IMG/VR virus record: IMGVR_UViG_3300022241_000068
Direction: 5' to 3' (one strand)
From: an uncultured virus (IMG/VR IMGVR_UViG_3300022241_000068)
Taxonomy: Duplodnaviria > Heunggongvirae > Uroviricota > Caudoviricetes
DNA length: 64,000 nt
The first letter of the stretch is position 1, and each line of letters begins with the position of its first letter. The notes beneath the pieces were generated by a model, which was given only the letters and a program-made list of their open reading frames with translations, was not told the DNA's origin and did not search any database. Shown here piece after piece: positions 52,191 through 60,791 of this stretch. The translations under genes were made by a program, and so were the position numbers.

Positions 52191-52484
52191 ATGGATGTAT
52201 TTGAACATTATATTTATTATTTAATAGGATCTCGTAAAAAAGATCATTTAACAATTGTAGCTGGAACAGTATATTCAAGTATATACCAAACTGAAGGAGT
52301 ATCTATGAATATACCTTTTATGTATAGGCATTCTATAGAATTAAAAAGTGAGAATGCGTCAATGTTATTTGAAATGTTGAGATCTGACAATAAAGAAACA
52401 AAACAATTAGCAATAGAAACCTTTAAACAAGAAGCATATGCCCAAGAGCAGAGTAAGAAAGAATCACAAAAAGAAAATATCTGA
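52191..52484 (+). CDS. Small protein with HEAT-like hairpin
   Basis: MLFEMLRSDNKETKQLAIETFKQ; paralogous to the upstream ORF. Confidence 0.6.
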   Translation: MDVFEHYIYYLIGSRKKDHLTIVAGTVYSSIYQTEGVSMNIPFMYRHSIELKSENASMLFEMLRSDNKETKQLAIETFKQEAYAQEQSKKESQKENI

Positions 52485-52644
52485 AAGAGTTGACAGATAT
52501 GAACAAGCAAAAAATAGAATGAAAAAGCTCATAGATAAAGCAATGATGCAAATGCAAATAGATAAGTTAAAAGAATTAGGACTAGAAACTAAAGCTGATA
52601 CTAACTTATTAGATCTAATTAATAAACCACAGGAAAACAATTGA
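52438..52644 (+). CDS. Small basic protein
   Basis: MPKSRVRKNHKK N-terminus. Confidence 0.6.
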   Translation: MPKSRVRKNHKKKISERVDRYEQAKNRMKKLIDKAMMQMQIDKLKELGLETKADTNLLDLINKPQENN

Positions 52645-52647
52645 TTT

Positions 52648-52998
52648 ATGAATATAATAGAATATGAACAGATTATTGCACACACTGCAGTATATCCTAA
52701 ATCAGTAGGATTAATGTATTGTGCATTAGGATTAATGGGTGAAGCTGGAGAAGTTTCAGAAAAGATTAAAAAATTAGTAAGAGATACAGATTATCTACAA
52801 ACAAAAGAATATTCTGATGAATTTAAAGAGTCTGTAAAAAAAGAATTGGGAGATGTTATTTGGTATTGTACAGCGTTAGCAAATGAATTAGACATGGGTT
52901 TATCAGAAATTATGCTAGCTAACTATGAAAAATTAATTAAAAGAAGAACCACAAACACATTACATGGATCAGGAGATAACAGAGAGGACGGTGTATAA
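52648..52998 (+). CDS. mazG: MazG-like nucleoside triphosphate pyrophosphohydrolase
   Basis: ALGLMGEAGEVSEKIKK, KELGDVIWY, N..KL..R, GSGDNR. Confidence 0.92.
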   Translation: MNIIEYEQIIAHTAVYPKSVGLMYCALGLMGEAGEVSEKIKKLVRDTDYLQTKEYSDEFKESVKKELGDVIWYCTALANELDMGLSEIMLANYEKLIKRRTTNTLHGSGDNREDGV

Positions 52999-53221
52999 GT
53001 GTGGTACTAATGTAATCATTAAACATGGTGCTAATGTAGAAGGAATAATAGTAGGAATCATTATTAGATATGAAGCAATCAGCTATGAAATAAGTTACTT
53101 TATGGGAGGAGAATTCAGAAGAAATGTCTTCGTAAGAGATGAACTTATTATAGATGATAAACGTTGTAATAAGATAGGATTTAATTATGAATTAAAAACA
53201 GAAACAAATGAAAAGAATTGA
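52964..53221 (+). CDS. Small SH3/KOW-like protein
   Basis: 'YKCGTNV...GIIVG...YEISY...DEL...KIGF'. Confidence 0.55.
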   Translation: MDQEITERTVYKCGTNVIIKHGANVEGIIVGIIIRYEAISYEISYFMGGEFRRNVFVRDELIIDDKRCNKIGFNYELKTETNEKN

Positions 53222-53345
53222 AGAAGGAATGGTATTATGCTCTAAATGTGGTAAGACCATCAGACAATCTTTCTTTGAAGGTCAAGAGGATCTTTTAGAG
53301 GAGTATTGTAATGCTTGTTCAGTAAATGAAGAAGCTCATGACTAG
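53208..53345 (+). CDS. 45-aa Zn-ribbon protein
   Basis: Manual translation MKRIEEGMVLCSKCG...YCNAC...HD*. Confidence 0.6.
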   Translation: MKRIEEGMVLCSKCGKTIRQSFFEGQEDLLEEYCNACSVNEEAHD

Positions 53346-53730
53346 AATGGATAATTTAGTAGAATTAGGAATGACTACTAATGTTAGTAGATTTTTTGGG
53401 ATATTATTTGAGGCTAGAGATGTATATCATCAGGCTGCTTTATATCAGAAAGACTTACGTTTGAGTACTAATTTAGTATTGAAAGAAACTCATAACAGTA
53501 TATCTTCTTATATAGACAGATTGATACAGGGCTACTCAGGTCTTTATTATGCTCCTAAAATTGATATAACTTTGTCAAGAGTTGAGGATCCTATAGAGTA
53601 TACAAAGAAACTATATGCTATAATCATTGAATCTAAGAATTTTTTTAAAGATGCTTGGATACATAACTTGTTAGATGATATCAGCGAATTACTTGCTATT
53701 ACTTTATACAGACTTCAATATACTAAATAA
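53326..53730 (+). CDS. Ferritin/Dps-like four-helix protein (DUF5856-like)
   Basis: 'D.LIQGYSGLY', 'IHNLLDDISELLA.TLYRL'. Confidence 0.6.
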   Translation: MKKLMTRMDNLVELGMTTNVSRFFGILFEARDVYHQAALYQKDLRLSTNLVLKETHNSISSYIDRLIQGYSGLYYAPKIDITLSRVEDPIEYTKKLYAIIIESKNFFKDAWIHNLLDDISELLAITLYRLQYTK

Positions 53731-53772
53731 ACCGCCTTGGTCATGGACAAGGACTTTAGGACCGTTACAGTT

Positions 53773-53801
53773 AAACCCTCAGCCATGACTGGGGGTTTTT
53801 T
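53773..53801 (+). terminator. Intrinsic terminator
   Basis: AAACCCTCAG-loop-CTGGGGGTTT followed by a T run. Confidence 0.75.
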
Positions 53802-53818
53802 ATTTGAATTAATAAATT

Positions 53819-56800
53819 ATGTATAAATATAAAATCACATTAAATAATAATGTATATAGATTGATAGTAACCGTTATTCATACAGGATATGCAGAACATC
53901 ATAGAAATTCTACGCATCTTCAATCTTTAGAGCATACTCTTATGATATTAACTAAATATTCATGAAATATGAAAATAGTATTTCAAAATCATAAAAAGCC
54001 AGAGTGGGATCTCCCAATACCAGGTTATTTTTTTCATATAAAAGATCCGCGTATAGATAGTAATAATTACCACACTTATGTTCTAATAGGTCATTATCTA
54101 ATACATAGAAATTTAATGCAGGGAAATTATATGCTATCAGTATTAGAACAACAAATTATAAATAGTAAAATAATAAATTATTTATGAAATATACAATAAT
54201 AAAATGTAAAAATAATATAAGATGCTATTATGATTTAAAAAGAGAAGATGGCACTTTTGTCATTAGAGATATGGTATATATTCCTTATGTAGAAATATTT
54301 ATATAACATGAAAAAATATAGAAAATATACAAAAAAACACATACTTGAAGCAGATTTCAGAAAAGCTCGTTATGGTCTTACAGGTTTTCCTTTTACATAT
54401 AATTTCAGACTATATGAGTTAAATGTAAAGTTTAATGACAAGAAAAAGCATATTAAGAAAGCTTTTGTAAAAAGTTACATAAGTTTTAAAAATGCTGAAT
54501 ATTATATTAAAGACATGTAAAAATTCTAATAACTATAAAAATTATTATGTTAATATTAATAGGAGATAATTATGAAATATTTGGAGGTAATGTACAAGAT
54601 GACTTTATACATATTGAAACTATAATATGGAATTGCAAAAAATATTTACATTATAATAAATTTAAAATTAGAAACTATGAAAATACATAAAAAAAGAAAA
54701 TATTGTATAACTACCAAGTATTTAAAAGTAGGAGAAATGAGTCCTACTCTAGCTTATTATATTAATAAAGATGTTATTATTGCAATTAATGTTCATATAA
54801 TAGATCATTACACTCTTAATATTTTAGGATACGATATTAAATGGGTTAGAGTTAAAGAATATGCATTGATAAGTGTATTTGATAGTTTTAATGAATGTGA
54901 AAATTTTATAAAACATGATAAGATACAAAATAATAAAAGAATCTAGTGATTCTATTTATACTTATGCAGAAGTATATATAAATAAAACTTTAATATGCAT
55001 AATTCCTGACTATCTCATGACTGATTGGGGTGAGATTAATTTTCAATGGTTTGAATATAATGTTTTAAAACGTGTTAACATGTCAAATATCCATAAGCTT
55101 ATAAGTATTCATAGCATGGATATTGCTGATTCTATACATTATGATAATTTTTAAAGATTATGAAAATACGAAATAAAAGAGTGCATACTAAATTATATAA
55201 ATATGATATATCATATTATATATATGAAATTGAAAATTATACTGTACCAGGTCAATTTACTAAACTTAAATATCTTGAAGAATTCTATGAAAAATATATT
55301 ATTACAAAACAAAGTAATGGATGAAACTAAGCGTTTAAAATATCGTCTCTATATAAGAGATATGGAATCAAATAAATTGATTGATTATTCAGGATTAGTT
55401 TTCGTACATTTATCGAATTGCGAAAGTATTATAAAAAATTATGGACCCAAAAATAAAAATAATAAACGAAAAGAAAGCTAAAGGAGTATATCTTTATGGA
55501 ATTGAAGAACCATCTAAGATTTTTTCTCTGAAGATAATCGAAGGATTTATACTAGGAATATATAAATATCGCCGTATATGAAATGGAAAATAGTAAAGGC
55601 AAATAATATGTCTAGCAATATGTCTCTTTCTAAAGGTCCCCGAATATACGTGTTTAACACTGAAGATTTTTCTTATATAGAAATTTGTATTGAATATTGT
55701 GATTAATGAACATGAAAAAATATAAAATAAACTGTGATAAACGTTTTGGTATATATACACTATATGTACGAGATGTTGAAGTGAATGAATTCTGGAGTTT
55801 CCATTTGGATATTGTTGAGAAACATCTAAAACACATAAATGAATAAGAAATTTAAAATAAAAACTAGTTGTTCATCTAATCATTTTCTTCACTATGAATT
55901 ACATACTGAACATATGTTTGAAATGAAACATTATGAATTAAGGAGTATAGAAATCCGTATATTTGACATAGCAAGATGGGATGAGTTTTATCTCTATATA
56001 AATCGGTTTAAAAAAAAGTATAAGACAAATGAAATATAAAATAGTTAATAGCAAAAGGTTTGTTAATGTTATCTCCGAGTGCCCATATAAATATATATAT
56101 AAAATTGATACAATCAGATATTCACCTACTTTTGTAAATCTTAGAAATGCGGAATATAGGATATTATTTGAATATAGTGTAAATTTAGAAAATGAAGTAC
56201 ATAATAAGAAATCAATATAAAGGATACACGTCTGTGTATAATATTTATATTTTATGTTTGGAAGATGTAAAATTCTTTCCGACATATCATAAACTTAGTG
56301 TATTAGAGATAAATATGTTAGTACATGAAAAAAAAATCAAAACAACATGAGATTTAAAATAAGTAATTACAAACCAGGAGTGAGACTTATGATAAAATAT
56401 TATTTTATTTTAGATGGAGATTATTCTGATTATTACTTATTTATTATTGAAAAAAAAATTATTCGAATAACAAAAGGAGATCATGAAATATAAAATATAT
56501 AATAATAAAAAATATACCATAAATAATAACAAAGTGTTATTAACAAATCTGCAAAAATATTATTATATTTTAAATGAAGAGTATCCTGGTTATAACTTAG
56601 ATGTTATTGAGGGTTTAATTATTCAAATAGAAAGGAAACATAATGAAATATAAAATAAGTAATTATAAAGCTGTATTAAGACCTGTAAAACATTTATATA
56701 TTTTATATAAAGATTTATATTCTGCTTATAACTTAGACTTAGATGTTATTGAAAAGCAGATTATTAGAATAGAAAGAAAAAGAAAATATAATGAAATACA

Positions 56801-58519
56801 TAATAAAAAATTTTAAATCTGGTAAAAGTAATAAGTTTATATTTACATTATCAGAGTCTGCATTTATGACTAATCACCTATATATTGTTGAATGGCACAT
56901 TGAATATGGAGAATGTAATGAAATATAAGATAATAAAACGTAAGTTAAATACTATTGGCGATAGTTTCTATATAATTGAAGGAATGTCCAATGGTGTAGG
57001 ATATTATATGCTTAAACATATAGAGAGTGACATATTATACTACGAGAAAAACAAGTTTTAAAAGAAATTTATCATTAATGAAATATATAATAAAAAATCA
57101 CGGAAATATGAAATTTCCTATATATGAATATTCACTATATTTTCCAAATAAACCTAGGAAAATATTTCATCTTATTTATTTAGTTAGTGTAGAAAGAAAA
57201 ATAAAAGAATATGCGATATTTAATAAGTAACTTAACAGATCATCCTTTTTATTACTGGCGTATAAAATCATTCAATGGTCGTGTATATAAATGTTGTATA
57301 TCTATATCTGAGGCTGAAGACGTACTTTTATTATATCAAAAATTATTAAAAAATGAAATATAAAATTTATAATAACTATGTGCTAATTGATAGATCTATC
57401 GGAAAATATACTGATAGAAACTCGTACCATTTGATGTTATTTGGATTAAAAAAGAGTCCTTATAGAGCACCAAATATCTCTTTTATAGAGAGTGTCATTA
57501 AATCAGGTATCATGTTAAAAAGTTAATATATGAATAAATTTAGGATAAGAAAAGAGGGCGATGGATATTCAGGATATTACGATAAATGGTCAGATACTGA
57601 TTTTAACCTTTGGTATAGTGTGCATCTTAAAACTATAGAAAATTTGATTAAATCAACAATACAATATGAAAGACAAGATAATTATAAGAAATAGTAAAGC
57701 CAATGGGGCCAATAAATGGCTTATATCACTATTTGGTAATATGAGTGAATATATCTATTCTATAGATATGATTCCATCAGAAACAGAAAATTTTATATAT
57801 ATATATATAAGCAGTGTAGAAAAATATCTACGAAATCATAGAGATGAAAAATAAGATAATTATAAAAAATTGTAAAGTTAGGGATTCGTGGGATATAGTT
57901 GTTATCACTCTACTTGGGAGTGGAAATAAGTATCTCTATTATAGAGACGTGAACCCAGTAGATACAGATTTTGGAAAATTTGTATTTTTATCAAGTATAG
58001 AAATAAAACTTTTGAAATGAAAATAATTATTAGAAATATAAAACCCACAAGACATCTCAGATATCTACCATATACCAGAAGATTTAGTAGGAATATTGAT
58101 AGTCATAAATATAAATATTATATAAAAGGAAATGAAAATAACCAGTTTGTCTATTTAGCCAATTTAGAAAAATTTAAATTAAAATAATAAATGAAGATAA
58201 TAAAGACAAATGAGGAGATTTATAAGTATCACTTATATTTAAATCATAAATATCAATTTCATCCTGATAATCTTAATGAAATGTTTCCTCAGGAAACGCC
58301 TACTAAGTATGTTACACTTGAACAGCTTGAGAAATGTATAGTAAAATATATAATAATTAAACCTATATGAAATATAAGTTAGAAAATCACATAACTATTA
58401 TAGATAATAAAAAAACAACATTCTATAGCATTAAGAATGTAGGTCTTATAAAAAGACAATCAATAAATATTATTGAAGAATGGATAAAAATATTAGAGCG
58501 TAGTTTAAGAAATATCTAG
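53819..58519 (+). other. Tandem array of ~29 coupled microprotein genes (40-89 aa) of one divergent family
   Basis: Starts at 53819, 53969, 54184, 54308, 54547, 54677, 54915, 55160, 55287, 55441, 55578, 55712, 55839, 56029, 56192, 56347, 56483, 56643, 56791, 56918, 57078, 57211, 57353, 57530, 57666, 57844, 58017, 58191, 58367. Shared MKY[KI]I..N start and [LFI]xx[IVLA]ExxI end. Confidence 0.8.
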
Positions 58520-58838
58520 TTTAACCAATGGCTACGCCACTGGTTATATATAAGATATGTCCTTATTCTCACCTGATATTCTCCTAGAAGTTGTGCCTGC
58601 AGGCCATGATCTTTATAAGATTTTAGGCTTCCGAGGTTTCAGTATCCCTTTACTTACCATTAGGTAGGGAGACTAGGATTATTTTACAGTATTCTCTAGA
58701 GATCCATATAAACTAGAATTTCTTCTTCAAATTTTGGGCTAGAGAATGGGGAACTTTATCCGCATCTTGAATAATTGGGGTAAAGTTACTATAAATGAGA
58801 TTATAAAACAAGTAATTAATTAAAAATATTGAAAAAAA

Positions 58839-59258
58839 ATGTCTAGTCATATAGCTAAAAGTAAGAAAACTCTTGTAACAATATATATAAGAGGCTGGAG
58901 TTTACATCAAAGATTTAGGTTTTATGTCAACAATGAACAGGAAAAGAATAACTTAACAGAGCTTATATTAGCCCCAAATGGGGAGTTAAGGAATATGGCA
59001 GTAGATATTATACTAGGATATAAATACTGGGATGAAAAATGTAAAAAAAGATTTAAGTGGATGATTGGTTTGTATTTAAGAGATTTTGATAAACCTAGTG
59101 ATTTAAACTGGTATAATAATACTAGAGTTAATGAGAATTATTCTTTAGATGAACATAATGGTAAGCTTAATCACTGGCCACATTTATGGAGAAAAAAATT
59201 ACCAGGTACTGATCATGTAATACATTGTCTCCCACCACCTTATATTTTTATATTATAG
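58839..59258 (+). CDS. Hypothetical protein with HEAT-like hairpin
   Basis: NLTELILAPNGELRNMAVDIILGY. Confidence 0.55.
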   Translation: MSSHIAKSKKTLVTIYIRGWSLHQRFRFYVNNEQEKNNLTELILAPNGELRNMAVDIILGYKYWDEKCKKRFKWMIGLYLRDFDKPSDLNWYNNTRVNENYSLDEHNGKLNHWPHLWRKKLPGTDHVIHCLPPPYIFIL

Positions 59259-59424
59259 ATGTTTAGAATTGTTTAATGAATTGGGGGTTGGATAGAAATA
59301 TCCTCCCCCCTTTTTTTTATATATTTTTAGGCATTTCTGGGAGGGAGTGTTTGTATGTGGCCAGCCCACACCCCCTATAATCCTTGGTGTGGAGAATGTC
59401 CTCCGCCCTTCTAAATTATAAAAG

Positions 59425-59694
59425 ATGAAAACTAAATCTTATGCTTGGATGAATCTTGAGTCTTTAAAAACAAAATTAGGGATGCCACGCATACCTTTTG
59501 AATTAAAGGACGGATGGCTCTCAAACTTTGACGCAGAAAAGCGTCAGAGAGTAGTGCTTGAAGAGAGTCTTTGGGACACGTTACTGACCAAAGACTTCTT
59601 AGTCAGAGAATCTGTTAAGACCTCCAGCAAGGGGGCTTATACAGAGCTCTTGATCTGTCTCCCAAAGGAGACAAGACATGACAGGATAGCGTAA
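59425..59694 (+). CDS. Hypothetical protein in a locally GC-richer segment
   Basis: 89 aa, A-rich upstream TIR; stop codon lies inside a GGATAGC-GTAA-GCTATCC hairpin. Confidence 0.65.
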   Translation: MKTKSYAWMNLESLKTKLGMPRIPFELKDGWLSNFDAEKRQRVVLEESLWDTLLTKDFLVRESVKTSSKGAYTELLICLPKETRHDRIA

Positions 59695-59701
59695 GCTATC
59701 C

Positions 59702-59740
59702 AACTCTTCCTTAAGACATAGCGTTTTAAGGAAGAGTTTT
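59702..59740 (+). terminator. Terminator-like long hairpin
   Basis: AACTCTTCCTTAAGA / TTTTAAGGAAGAGTT followed by Ts. Confidence 0.55.
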
Positions 59741-59822
59741 AATTGTGAAAAATGCTGAACATAGAAATCCCAAATGATAGGGATGGGGGTAATATATTGA
59801 ATATCTCTTCTATGTTAGTATT

Positions 59823-59939
59823 AATGCACCAGTCTTATGTAGTTATGAAGACTTCTTATTAAGAGAACTATCACAGAAGGATAGTAGCAATCCTAAAACA
59901 GGATTATAAGATGTGAAACTACCTGATTAATACAATGGC
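59823..59939 (+). repeat. Scaffold copy 1 (37-nt and 38-nt conserved arms, 42-nt unique insert)
   Basis: Arms identical to 60677-60713 and 60754-60791. Confidence 0.9.
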
Positions 59940-60529
59940 ATTTTGGTTTCTAGTGCACTTATCCCGTAAGATATGTGCATTAGTTTTTTAATGTGCTGAT
60001 AATCAGTGCATTGAAAGTAGAAAATAAGTATTGTGAATGCGTACTTATAACACAAAGCCAAAAATCACCTCTTTCAAAGATGCTATGATCATTATATTCA
60101 TGATTATAGCTAAAAGATAAAAAGTTATAATATAAATTAACTACAACACAGTAAGAAAAAAATAGTTGACTGCACTTAAAGGCAGCACTGTGTTACGCAA
60201 TCTGTAGTGAAGTTATAACTTTTAATATTTTAGTTTATTAGTATAACTATTTAAAAGATTATAAAAATATACATGATTATTTCCCATGCAAATTACTTGC
60301 CTGTGGAAAAACTACTCATTGAATAAGTAGATTTAATCATGTATTTACAATATAGTTAAATACTGTATCCATTGTATGTATTTTGTGCACAGAATGCATA
60401 GGGGTAATAAAAACTAGTACCAACGAAAAAGAGAGTAAATTTTATAGGAAGTAAGGCAGGGAGCAACCTTACGTTTTAATATCTCTCATACAGTATGTTA
60501 ACTATTATACTCACACTCACGGATATAAG

Positions 60530-60666
60530 CAAGTTGAGGTAGGCTTGGAAGTAGCCATCCTTTAAAGAGTAATCACCCCTGCATAAGGGTAAAATAGGGT
60601 ACAGAAACGCAATGAAAATTGAAAAGCAAAAACCCAAAGAGGACTTTAGGTGTAACAACACACTTG
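60530..60666 (+). ncRNA. 23S rRNA H43/H44 (uL11-binding GTPase centre)-like element with a 79-nt insertion
   Basis: CAAG..GAGGTAGGCTTGGAAGTAGCCATCCTTTAAAGAGT [insert] GTGTAACAACACACTTG, compared by eye with recalled 23S 1051-1108 sequence. Confidence 0.7.
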
Positions 60667-60676
60667 TCATTTTTTG

Positions 60677-60791
60677 AATGCACCAGTCTTATGTAGTTAT
60701 GAAGACTTCTTATAATAATTATGCCCTGATGTGAAAGGTATCATCAATATGTAGATTATAAGATGTGAAACTACCTGATTAATACAATGGC
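60677..60791 (+). repeat. Scaffold copy 2 (40-nt unique insert)
   Basis: Arms identical to copy 1. Confidence 0.9.

Noticed and set aside
55203..57230. ORF-track starts at 55203 and 57027, and minus-strand ORFs 55494-56285
   Set aside because: Family pattern and coupling favour starts at 55287 and 57078; the minus-strand ORFs are shadows of the array
53819..58519. Nucleotide-level tandem repeat, integron or DGR
   Set aside because: No attC-like palindromes, integrase, reverse transcriptase or TR/VR pair in the window; similarity is mostly at protein level
58560..58710. c-di-GMP-I riboswitch on the minus strand
   Set aside because: Only loose resemblance; the GNRA/receptor pair and GCAAA core are not convincingly present
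60530..60666. Genuine rRNA gene or host contamination
   Set aside because: Similarity is limited to ~58 nt, split by an insertion and embedded in phage-like sequence with no other rRNA domains
60476..60670. 64-aa minus-strand ORF
   Set aside because: Isolated, against the local gene direction and antisense to the rRNA-like structured element
59823..60791. Hammerhead, HDV/theta or twister ribozyme call for the duplicated scaffold
   Set aside because: GAAAC and CTGATTA are present but in the wrong order and without stem I. HDV P3/P1.1 and the catalytic C are not found, and twister core residues are incomplete.
59823..60791. CRISPR array
   Set aside because: Only two separated units with different left and right arms, no regular repeat-spacer periodicity, and no cas operon
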